Shown: positions 23,572 to 31,716 of the stretch, one piece after another | Position numbering within the stretch: the first letter of the stretch is position 1 | Layout of the letters: every line of letters begins with the position of its first letter | Assembly: GCF_003014755.1 (NCBI RefSeq) | Contig: NZ_PYAW01000005.1 | Coordinates: 306,320-338,319 of the forward strand | Length of the DNA: 32,000 nucleotides | Source: Chitinophaga niastensis | GTDB taxonomy: Bacteria; Bacteroidota; Bacteroidia; Chitinophagales; Chitinophagaceae | Direction of reading: 5' to 3' | The notes under the pieces: model-generated | What the model was told of the DNA's origin: nothing | The model's database searches: none | The model's input: the letters and a program-made list of their open reading frames with translations, nothing else | Program-made: the position numbers and the translations under genes

Positions 23572-25800
23572 ATGCCCCAACCGGATAATACAAATATCAT
23601 CTTTCACCTGGCGGCAGATTTCATAAACCATACACACCGCCATATCTTCCTTACCGGTAAAGCTGGTACTGGGAAAACTACGTTCCTGAAGTATATCAAA
23701 GAACAAACGCGTAAAAATACAGTAGTAGTGGCACCTACAGGTGTAGCGGCTATCAACGCAGGTGGTGTAACCATGCACTCTTTTTTTCAGCTGCCTTTCG
23801 GACCTTTTATTCCGGGCACTAAAAGAGGTTTTGGTATGGATGAGATCAGCAGTACAGATAAACATAGTTTATTTCGCAATATTCGTTTTACGAACGATAA
23901 AAAAGTGTTGTTACAGGAAATGGAACTGCTCATCATCGACGAGGTGAGTATGGTGCGTTGTGATATGCTGGATGCAATAGATGTAATCCTGCGCCACTTC
24001 CGTAATAAGCCACTGCTGCCATTTGGAGGCGTACAGGTGCTGTTCATCGGCGATTTGTACCAGCTGCCACCGGTTGTGCCGGATGCAGAATGGCGCATGC
24101 TGTCGGAATATTACAACAGCTCATTTTTCTTTGCTGCCAAAGTGATAGAACAAGCGCCGCCACTATATATTGAGCTGAAAAAAATATATCGTCAGAATGA
24201 ACAGGAATTTATTGATGTGCTGAACAGGGTACGCAATAATGAAGTGTTGCACGAAGACCTGCAAATGCTCAATGAGCACTACCAGCCCAACTTTAAAGGA
24301 GAAGATGAAGAGTACATTGTACTCACTACCCATAACAGGAAAGCCGACGAAATTAATGCCCGCCGCCTGGCAGATATGCCTGGAAAAGTATATCGTTTTG
24401 AAGGAAAAATAGAAGGCGACTTTAGCGATAAAGCCCTGCCCACAGAATTGCTGCTGCAACTAAAAATAGGTGCACAGGTGATGTTCCTGAAAAATGACCT
24501 GGCACAACCCCGTCGCTATTATAACGGGAAAATTGCCATAGTAAAGGAAATTGACGACGATGAAATTGTACTGGTACTATCAGGCTCGCACGAAGAGCTG
24601 AAGCTGGGAAAAGAAACCTGGCGAAATATCCGCTATTCCTATAACCAGGAAGAAAATAGTATTGACGAAGAAGAGATAGGCAGCTTTACACAGTTCCCCA
24701 TCCGGCTGGCGTGGGCCATTACCATTCACAAGAGCCAGGGACTCACCTTTGAGCGCGCTATCATTGATGCAGGCTACGCCTTTGCACCCGGACAGGTATA
24801 CGTGGCACTCAGCCGCTGTACCTCGCTGGAAGGATTGGTGCTGCATTCCCGCATCGGGTACGGCAGCATTAAAACAGACAGGCAGGTAATTGAGTTTGCT
24901 GAAAAAGAAAATGAAGCCAACGAACTGGTAGTACTGCTGGAAATGGAAAAGAAGAAATTCCAGGCCACCTCTTTACTGCAACTGTTCGACTGGTATCGTA
25001 TGCAGGCTACTATTCGTAGTCACGCAGTGTGGATACAGGATAAAAAAGTACCCGATTTTGATGCAGCTATACAATTGAGCCGCAGTATGTCGGCCAAAGT
25101 AGAACAGCAACAGGAAGTTGCCAATAAGTTTGTGGTGCAACTTCATCAATTGCTGGATACCGCTGTACAAACAGGTGAAATGGAGCAGCTGCAGGCGCGG
25201 GTGACCAAGGCCATCGGCTATTTTACACAAAGTATTTATGAAGAGCTGATCAGGCCGATACAAGCACATATTGAGGATGTAAAAAAGGCTAAATCAAAAA
25301 AATATCTCCTTCAGCTAATGGCTTTGGAGGCAGATTTCTGGAATAAGTTGCGGCATGTTTGGGAAGTAACCTACGCCGACCTGGTATTTACCACAGGCTT
25401 AAAAGATTATACCAAACTGAGGGAAGGCGAAGCTGCTGCCGCCACTGTAGCCGCACCCAAAGCCGCGAAAGCAAAAGTTGAAAAGGGTAGCAGTCGCCGT
25501 GGCAGCCTGGAACTATTCCTGAAAGGTAAAACCATACCGGAAATAGCCATCGCACGACAACTGGCCGTAGGTACCATCGAAAGCCACCTGGCACAATGCG
25601 TGGAAGCCGGAGAAATGGAAATGGACCGCTTCGTTTCTGAACGCACCATGCGCCTGATTTTAAAGCATATCGGCGAACTGGGAGCTACCGCTGCCGGACC
25701 TATCAAGGAACGGGTAGGTGATGCCGCCAGCTTCGCAGAGATCCGCGTGGTGCAGTGGTATCTTAAAAAGAAGCAGGAAGAGAAAATAATGAACGATTAA
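23572..25800 (+). CDS. PIF1/RecD-like SF1 helicase with C-terminal helix-turn-helix domain
   Basis: 742-aa ORF with Walker A LTGKAGTGKTT, Walker B LLIIDEVSM, the SF1 C-terminal motif AITIHKSQGLTF with YVALSRC, and a C-terminal HTH-like segment (IPEIAIARQLAVGTIESHL). Confidence 0.88.
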   Translation: MPQPDNTNIIFHLAADFINHTHRHIFLTGKAGTGKTTFLKYIKEQTRKNTVVVAPTGVAAINAGGVTMHSFFQLPFGPFIPGTKRGFGMDEISSTDKHSLFRNIRFTNDKKVLLQEMELLIIDEVSMVRCDMLDAIDVILRHFRNKPLLPFGGVQVLFIGDLYQLPPVVPDAEWRMLSEYYNSSFFFAAKVIEQAPPLYIELKKIYRQNEQEFIDVLNRVRNNEVLHEDLQMLNEHYQPNFKGEDEEYIVLTTHNRKADEINARRLADMPGKVYRFEGKIEGDFSDKALPTELLLQLKIGAQVMFLKNDLAQPRRYYNGKIAIVKEIDDDEIVLVLSGSHEELKLGKETWRNIRYSYNQEENSIDEEEIGSFTQFPIRLAWAITIHKSQGLTFERAIIDAGYAFAPGQVYVALSRCTSLEGLVLHSRIGYGSIKTDRQVIEFAEKENEANELVVLLEMEKKKFQATSLLQLFDWYRMQATIRSHAVWIQDKKVPDFDAAIQLSRSMSAKVEQQQEVANKFVVQLHQLLDTAVQTGEMEQLQARVTKAIGYFTQSIYEELIRPIQAHIEDVKKAKSKKYLLQLMALEADFWNKLRHVWEVTYADLVFTTGLKDYTKLREGEAAAATVAAPKAAKAKVEKGSSRRGSLELFLKGKTIPEIAIARQLAVGTIESHLAQCVEAGEMEMDRFVSERTMRLILKHIGELGATAAGPIKERVGDAASFAEIRVVQWYLKKKQEEKIMND

Positions 25801-25801
25801 C

Positions 25802-25985
25802 TGTCTTTCCCAGGATTAGGCTGATTACACTGATTGCCCCGATTTTATTCTTATGATTATAAAAAGATTAGCGAAGATTAAAGCGGGTATTATACGCTTT
25901 GATCTTCGCTAATCTTTTTAAATCTCTCAAAATCAAAGAAAGAATCAGTGTAATCAGTGTAATCAGCCTAATCCTGGGAAAGACA
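25802..25985. repeat. 184-nt palindromic repeat, family copy 4
   Basis: The outer 34-bp arms are perfect (25802-25835 with 25952-25985). The inner 25-bp stem (25861-25885 with 25895-25919) has one T-G pair and a 9-nt loop, ggtattata. An imperfect internal region includes a duplicated aatcagtgt on the right arm. The element begins 1-2 nt after the helicase TAA. Confidence 0.9.
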
Positions 25986-25993
25986 CAGGACAG

Positions 25994-26030
25994 ACCGGGT
26001 TGGCATTGTCAATCCGGTTCTTTATTTTGT
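25994..26030 (+). terminator. Candidate intrinsic terminator downstream of the helicase and repeat
   Basis: The stem accgggttg / caatccggt (25994-26002 with 26010-26018) has 9 bp including one G-T, with the loop gcattgt. A T-rich tract, tctttattttgt, follows. Confidence 0.5.
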
Positions 26031-26092
26031 ACCAGTGAAAAATAAGCCAGTAACCGGTAAAAAAGAGGGAGGATTACTGTTGTGTTGCCTGC

Positions 26093-26100
26093 TAAATTTG
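26093..26100 (+). promoter_or_regulatory. Candidate -7 promoter box (TAaaTTTG) for lutABC
   Basis: Matches TAnnTTTG and lies 38 nt upstream of the GTG start at 26138. I did not see a clean -33 TTTG. Confidence 0.4.
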
Positions 26101-26137
26101 CAGGTCAGCTATGATCATCTAATAAACTACATTATCT

Positions 26138-26893
26138 GTGAAAGTAGGATTATTTATACCGTGCTATATTGACCAGTTCTACCCACAGGTAGGCATTGCC
26201 ACACTGCAGTTGTTGCAGAAACTGGGTTGTGAAGTGGAATTTCCGCAGGGGCAAACCTGTTGCGGCCAGCCGATGGCTAATTCCGGCTATGAACATCTTA
26301 CGCATAACTGCAATAGTTTGTTCATTAAAAATTTCGCCGGCTACGATTATATCGTGGGGCCCTCCGGGAGTTGTGTTTTACATATCAAGGATCATCTGCA
26401 TGATCCTGCGGCGGAAGCTGAAGCAGCGAAAATACGTACACGTATATACGAATTAACTGAATTCCTGACCGATGTATTAAAAGTGGAATCACTGACAGCG
26501 CGTTTTCCCTGTAAAGTAGGTTTGCATCAGAGTTGCCACGGTCAACGCGGCCTGGCACTGGCACAAATGAGCGAGCTGGTAGCTGCGCCGTTTTCCAAGC
26601 CGGAACAGTTGCTGAAAATGGTGGAAGGCGTGGAACTGGTGCCACTGGACAGACTGGACGAGTGTTGTGGCTTTGGTGGTACTTTTTGTGTAGCTGAAGA
26701 AGCCGTATCCGTGAAGATGGGAAAAGATCGTGTAGCCGATCACGTTAAACATGGCGCACAGGTGATCACCGGTACAGATGTGAGCTGCCTGATGCACCTG
26801 GAAGGTATTTTACGCCGGCAACACTCTGAAGTAAAGGTGATGCATATTGCAGAAATTCTCAATCAAACTATCCATGAACAGGCAAACAAGTAA
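26138..26893 (+). CDS. lutA: Lactate utilization protein A (YkgE/LutA; CCG-domain Fe-S oxidoreductase subunit)
   Basis: 251-aa ORF with a GTG start. Its N-terminus parallels YkgE (GLFIPCYIDQFYP...LGCEVEFPQGQTCCGQP) and it has a second CCG-type motif, CCGFGG. Confidence 0.9.
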   Translation: MKVGLFIPCYIDQFYPQVGIATLQLLQKLGCEVEFPQGQTCCGQPMANSGYEHLTHNCNSLFIKNFAGYDYIVGPSGSCVLHIKDHLHDPAAEAEAAKIRTRIYELTEFLTDVLKVESLTARFPCKVGLHQSCHGQRGLALAQMSELVAAPFSKPEQLLKMVEGVELVPLDRLDECCGFGGTFCVAEEAVSVKMGKDRVADHVKHGAQVITGTDVSCLMHLEGILRRQHSEVKVMHIAEILNQTIHEQANK

Positions 26894-28250
26894 TCACGCA
26901 ACGCTGGCGGACAAGTTCAATGAAGATGAACCACGCGTAAACTGGCATGATGAAACATTGTGGTGGGTGCGCACTAAGCGCGACCGCATGGCATGGAGCA
27001 TCCCCGAATGGGAACAGTTGCGGGAAGCCGCCTCTCAGATAAAATTAAATGCATTGGGTAACCTGCATGATTATCTCCTGCAATTTGAGCAACAGGCACA
27101 GCAAAATGGTGCCATTGTGCATTGGGCGGCAGATGCAGCAGAACAAAACCGTATTGTAACAGATATTCTGAAAAAACACGGAGTGCAACGTATGGTGAAA
27201 AGTAAATCCATGCTCACAGAAGAATGCCACCTGAATCCGCATCTGGCGGCCAATGGCATAGAAGTGATTGATACCGACCTGGGCGAACGTATTGTGCAGC
27301 TGGCCAAAGAGGCCCCCAGCCATATTGTATTGCCCTGTATCCATAAAAAGAAGGAAGAAATAGGAGAGCTGTTTCATGAACACCTGGGCACGCCTGCAGG
27401 AAATGCGGATCCGCAGTTACTCACCGCCGCTGCACGGGAGCATTTGCGCAAAGAGTTCCTGCAATCAAAGGCCGCTATTACCGGTGTAAACTTTGCCGTA
27501 GCTGAAACCGGTGAAATGGTGGTATGCACCAATGAAGGGAATGCAGATATGGGCGCTCATCTGGCAGATGTACATATTGCCTGCATGGGTATCGAAAAAA
27601 TTATCCCGCAACGAAAGCACCTGGGCGTATTTTTACGCTTACTGGCACGCAGTGCTACCGGGCAGCCCATTACCACCTATTCAAGTCATTTCAGGCAACC
27701 TAAAGCCGGGCAGGAACTGCATATTGTTTTGGTAGATAATGGTCGTTCAAGACAGCTGGGCCGTGAAGACTTCCGCAATTCGCTGAAGTGTATCCGTTGT
27801 GGTGCCTGTATGAATACCTGCCCTGTATACCGGCGCAGTGGCGGACATAGTTACCATACCGCAGTAGCGGGCCCTATTGGCGCTATCCTGGCACCTAACC
27901 TGGACATGAAGGATTATGCGGATCTGCCCTTTGCATCCACGCTTTGCGGCTCCTGCTCCAATGTATGCCCGGTGAAAATTGATATTCATCAGCAATTGTA
28001 TAAATGGAGACAGGTATTGGTGCAGGAAGGACATACCACCGTCACCAAAACTGCCACCATGAAAATCATGAGCGGCGTATTGTCGGCTCCCCGTGCTTAC
28101 AAAATAGCGGGCAAAATGGGGCGTTGGGTAATGCGCGTTTTCCCCGGTATGGTGAATAACCGCTTTAATCCCTGGTACAAACAGCGCGAGATGCCGGCAC
28201 CACCAGCCCAATCATTTTCTGAATGGTATGCAAAAAATAAAAAATCATGA
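26874..28250 (+). CDS. lutB: Lactate utilization protein B (YkgF/LutB; 4Fe-4S ferredoxin-type subunit)
   Basis: The ORF-track frame starts at 26847. I prefer the ATG at 26874 (MNRQTSNH...), which overlaps the lutA 3' end by 20 nt. Ferredoxin motifs are CIRCGACMNTCPVY and CGSCSNVCPV. Confidence 0.9.
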   Translation: MNRQTSNHATLADKFNEDEPRVNWHDETLWWVRTKRDRMAWSIPEWEQLREAASQIKLNALGNLHDYLLQFEQQAQQNGAIVHWAADAAEQNRIVTDILKKHGVQRMVKSKSMLTEECHLNPHLAANGIEVIDTDLGERIVQLAKEAPSHIVLPCIHKKKEEIGELFHEHLGTPAGNADPQLLTAAAREHLRKEFLQSKAAITGVNFAVAETGEMVVCTNEGNADMGAHLADVHIACMGIEKIIPQRKHLGVFLRLLARSATGQPITTYSSHFRQPKAGQELHIVLVDNGRSRQLGREDFRNSLKCIRCGACMNTCPVYRRSGGHSYHTAVAGPIGAILAPNLDMKDYADLPFASTLCGSCSNVCPVKIDIHQQLYKWRQVLVQEGHTTVTKTATMKIMSGVLSAPRAYKIAGKMGRWVMRVFPGMVNNRFNPWYKQREMPAPPAQSFSEWYAKNKKS

Positions 28251-28822
28251 TGAGCAGCAGGGATAAAATATTAGCCGCAGTAAAACAAAATCAGCCGGAT
28301 GCCAGTGCATTGCCTTCTTTACAGGGTTTGTCCGGCAACATGCCTGGCACCCTGGATGCTTATCGCAAAGTGTTGGAGGGTTTAGGCGGTAGTTTGTTTG
28401 AAATAAAAAACGAAAGTGAGATAACGCCGTTGCTGAAGGAACACTATCCACATTTGCAAAGAATAGTAGTTGCTACAGATGTACAACGGGAATGGTTAAA
28501 CGAAGATCCGCATCAGCTGGAAAATGTGGATATGGCCATTGTACCCGGACAATGGGGTGTTGCGGAGAATGGCGCTATCTGGCTCACAGAGCAGGAGATA
28601 GGAGTGCGGGTATTGCCTTTTATTTGTCAGCATCTGGCTATTGTATTGCCCCGGCAGCAGATTCTGCCTACCATGCATGAAGCCTATGAAAAAATAGGTG
28701 CTCCACAAACAGGCTTCGGTGTATTCATTGCCGGCCCTTCTAAAACAGCTGATATAGAACAATCATTGGTATTGGGTGCACATGGTGCAAAAAGCCTGGT
28801 AGTATTTATCATCGGTGAATGA
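28247..28822 (+). CDS. lutC: Lactate utilization protein C (YkgG/LutC; LUD domain)
   Basis: 191-aa ORF whose ATG overlaps the lutB stop (ATGA at 28247-28250). It is the third gene of the conserved lutABC arrangement. Confidence 0.85.
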   Translation: MMSSRDKILAAVKQNQPDASALPSLQGLSGNMPGTLDAYRKVLEGLGGSLFEIKNESEITPLLKEHYPHLQRIVVATDVQREWLNEDPHQLENVDMAIVPGQWGVAENGAIWLTEQEIGVRVLPFICQHLAIVLPRQQILPTMHEAYEKIGAPQTGFGVFIAGPSKTADIEQSLVLGAHGAKSLVVFIIGE

Positions 28823-28927
28823 TGATATGATATAAATTTGTTCCCTGGTTTTTAAATAATAATAACTGCTGTGTATTTTTACGTTGATTCGTTACAGTTA
28901 GTTATCCTGAAAGTATCCTCACATAAC

Positions 28928-28957
28928 GGATCTCACTGTTATATGACAGTGAGATCC
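28928..28957 (+). terminator. Perfect 12-bp hairpin downstream of lutC (candidate terminator without a U-tract)
   Basis: ggatctcactgt (28928-28939), loop tatatg, then acagtgagatcc (28946-28957). No T-run follows, so its function as a terminator is uncertain. Confidence 0.45.
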
Positions 28958-29213
28958 ATCCGCTACATCCCTTTGCTGTTAAGGTTCTTCGATGAGCATC
29001 AGATATTTATCTGATCAGTATTTTCGTTAATTTTCAAAAAGTATTTGATTTAATAAATACTTTATTAACTTTATCACGATATATTAGTGATTCGTAAAAT
29101 TGGTATGGTGTTTGTTCCATATCGCCGAATCACAGAATACATAACGCTGAATTTTAACCATACATTCTTAACCATATTTTGAGCATCAGCGTTAACCGAA
29201 AAAAAGAAAAACC

Positions 29214-29354
29214 ATGTACCAGCGAACTAAGAACTTAGAGCATTCAGAAGAGGGTATGTCATTGCTGAAAAAAGTACTGTTGCAGAAACACCAATGTAGC
29301 ACCGCAAGACATCATTCGTTAATTATTTTTTGTATGAACAGCTGCTGTTGCTGA
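29214..29354 (+). CDS. Hypothetical 46-aa micro-ORF with Cys-rich C-terminus (speculative)
   Basis: Hand translation gives MYQRTKNLEHSEEGMSLLKKVLLQKHQCSTARHHSLIIFCMNSCCC*. The ATG follows an A-rich tract (aaaaaaagaaaaacc) typical of Bacteroidota initiation regions. I recognise no homology, and it is below the ORF-track size cutoff. Confidence 0.15.
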   Translation: MYQRTKNLEHSEEGMSLLKKVLLQKHQCSTARHHSLIIFCMNSCCC

Positions 29355-29583
29355 TCCTGCGTTTTTTCGTGTATCCATATTAGTTATTTAGCGGGAAAGT
29401 GCCAACCGGGCAGTGTTTAAGCAAGTAGCCACAAATGGATATATGTTTTCATAATCGCTTCTTTAAGTCGGTTCGGGATTCCTATGCACACAATAGTTTT
29501 GTAGAGAATGTAAATTTTTTAATTTTTTTTTGATGTTTACTTTTTGATAACAGAACTTATCAATTTTAGTATTTACTTTGTAC

Positions 29584-29591
29584 TAAATTTG
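29584..29591 (+). promoter_or_regulatory. Candidate -7 promoter box (TAaaTTTG) for the polysaccharide locus
   Basis: Matches TAnnTTTG in a very AT-rich tract. It lies about 135 nt upstream of the ATG at 29726, implying a leader of about 125 nt. Confidence 0.35.
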
Positions 29592-29725
29592 AAAACCGGA
29601 AGTGCAAATCAGTTATTATCCGATCTGACAATTTAAGCGCAACTATGAAAACCTGATTACACGCAGCTTAGATTGGTAGGACGACTGAATATACATTTAA
29701 TAACCATATCTTATTATTGAAACCT

Positions 29726-31666
29726 ATGGTGCGTAGTTCATCATGGATTACCCCGTCATGGCTTATTTTGCTGTTAGACCTTGGGTGTTCCGTCATCGCC
29801 ATCAATTTAGCTTTTCTCCTCAGGCTAAACTTTGATGCAGAGGCCATCGCGCCTTTTCCGTTGGAAAAAATCGGGCTGACTGTATTAGGTGTGAACCTTG
29901 TGCTATCGCTGTTGTTGCGTACTTATCGCGGTATTGTAAGATTTACAAGTCTTGCAGACATAGGACGCATTGCCAGTCTGAATATCATCAGCTGCTGTAT
30001 TTTACTTGCCATTGGTTACAGCCATGGCCTGGATATACAGCTGAATATCTTTCCCATATCTGTTATTCTGATTAACTTCTTTATCAGTTCCTTCTTACTA
30101 TTATCATATCGCCTGCTGGTGAAGTGGGTATTCAAATATTATAACAATTTTCGCAGTCAAAGCCGTACGCGTGCAGCTATTTACTACACCGGACATTCCA
30201 GTTTGATGTTGCGCAAAGCAATCAGTGATAACCCGGAATCAGATATTCGTATTGCAGCATTTCTTGCCGATACAAACGCGCATGCAGGTAAGTCTATAGA
30301 GGGATTGCCTGTGTACGCATCCCGCAAAGGACAGCTTTTCAAAATGGTGAAAGAAGGGAAAATTTCTTTACTGCTTATTCCCGATGATCACCTGGATGTT
30401 GCGCACCTGAACGAATTGGTAGAAGAGTGTATAGTATTGAATATAAGAGTACAAAAAATTATACCAGTGAGTAAGTGGACAGATGGTAGTAATAATAGTA
30501 GCAGTATTCAACTGAAAGACATTAACATTGAAGACCTGTTGGAAAGGTCTGTTATCAATATAAAAAATCAGCAACTCAGTCAGGAGCTGAAAGGCAAGAG
30601 TATACTGGTAACCGGCGCCGCAGGCTCTATTGGTAGCGAAATAGTAAGGCAGCTGATAAAGTATGAGCCATCTGTAGTTGTGTTGTGCGATAAGGCCGAA
30701 TCACCACTGCATGAGCTGGAACTGGAGATTTCAGAAAAATTAGTGACGGTTCCCATTATTCCGTTTATCGGGAATGTATGTGATAAAGTCCGCATGCAGC
30801 AACTGTTTGATATTTATGCGCCTGCCATCGTGTATCATGCTGCAGCATATAAGCATGTGCCGATGATGGAAAAAAATCCTTCTATTGCGGTCATGAATAA
30901 TGTGCTGGGGACCAAGATAGTGGCGGAATTGTCTGTAGATTATGGTGTAGAGAAATTTGTAATGGTGTCTACAGATAAGGCTGTGAATCCTACCAATGTA
31001 ATGGGGGCTTCCAAACGCATCGCAGAAATATTTTCCCAATCTTTCAGTAATCATCTCAACGAAAAATATCAGAAACTGGGACCTGTATATGGTGCGCCGC
31101 CCACACGTTTTATCACTACCCGCTTTGGAAATGTATTAGGATCCAATGGTTCAGTAATCCCCCGCTTCAAACAACAACTGGAAAAAGGCGGCCCCTTAAC
31201 CGTTACTCATCCGGATATTACCCGTTACTTCATGACGATACCAGAGGCTTGCCAACTTGTACTGGAAGCGGGTTCTATGGGACAAGGCGGAGAGATATTT
31301 GTGTTTGATATGGGTAAACCCATGAAGATCGCGGAACTGGCGCGTAAAATGATTCGCATGTCCGGCAAAGAGCCCGGAAAAGATATACAGATTGTTTTTA
31401 CAGGATTACGTCCGGGTGAAAAATTGTATGAAGAATTGTTGAACAATGCAGAAAATACTTTGCCCACTTATCACGAGAAAATCATGATCGCTAAAGTACG
31501 TGCATCTGATTTTGCAGAAGTAAATGAACAGGTAAACCAACTTATAGAGTCTGCAAGAAAACATTATCTCACGCCAACAGTAGCCAGGATGAAACAACTG
31601 GTACCAGAGTTTATCAGTAAAAATTCTACTTACGAAGAGCTGGATAAAGATAAAATAAAGATGTAA
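29726..31666 (+). CDS. Membrane-anchored polysaccharide biosynthesis protein, CapD/WbpM/PglF-like nucleotide-sugar 4,6-dehydratase
   Basis: The ORF-track frame starts at TTG 29717; I prefer the ATG at 29726. It has N-terminal hydrophobic helices, an SDR Rossmann motif VTGAAGSIGSEI, the catalytic YxxxK context AAAYKHVP, and VSTDKAVNPTNVMGASKR, which is typical of CapD. Confidence 0.9.
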   Translation: MVRSSSWITPSWLILLLDLGCSVIAINLAFLLRLNFDAEAIAPFPLEKIGLTVLGVNLVLSLLLRTYRGIVRFTSLADIGRIASLNIISCCILLAIGYSHGLDIQLNIFPISVILINFFISSFLLLSYRLLVKWVFKYYNNFRSQSRTRAAIYYTGHSSLMLRKAISDNPESDIRIAAFLADTNAHAGKSIEGLPVYASRKGQLFKMVKEGKISLLLIPDDHLDVAHLNELVEECIVLNIRVQKIIPVSKWTDGSNNSSSIQLKDINIEDLLERSVINIKNQQLSQELKGKSILVTGAAGSIGSEIVRQLIKYEPSVVVLCDKAESPLHELELEISEKLVTVPIIPFIGNVCDKVRMQQLFDIYAPAIVYHAAAYKHVPMMEKNPSIAVMNNVLGTKIVAELSVDYGVEKFVMVSTDKAVNPTNVMGASKRIAEIFSQSFSNHLNEKYQKLGPVYGAPPTRFITTRFGNVLGSNGSVIPRFKQQLEKGGPLTVTHPDITRYFMTIPEACQLVLEAGSMGQGGEIFVFDMGKPMKIAELARKMIRMSGKEPGKDIQIVFTGLRPGEKLYEELLNNAENTLPTYHEKIMIAKVRASDFAEVNEQVNQLIESARKHYLTPTVARMKQLVPEFISKNSTYEELDKDKIKM

Positions 31667-31716
31667 CCGGACGTAGTTATAACCGTAACGCTTATATAAA
31701 AATTGATAAGAATAAT

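Noticed and set aside
22504-25800. CN-hydrolase + PIF1-like helicase as a two-gene defence system
   Set aside because: The genes are divergent, with separate promoters. Both belong to widespread housekeeping-type Bacteroidota families. No nuclease, methyltransferase, toxin, or sensor (NTPase/STAND) partner is present.
27747-28211. 154-aa minus-strand ORF inside lutB
   Set aside because: The + strand frame has two 4Fe-4S ferredoxin motifs and lutABC synteny. This ORF is an antisense shadow.
28823-29725. Known housekeeping ncRNAs (RNase P RNA, tmRNA, SRP RNA, 6S RNA, tRNA) in the long spacer
   Set aside because: I looked for signature strings (GGAAAGUCC-type P4 region, tmRNA tag ORF and CCA-end acceptor, SRP GGAA tetraloop helix, tRNA cloverleaf with GTTCNANNC). 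None was found by eye. A covariance-model scan is needed for certainty.
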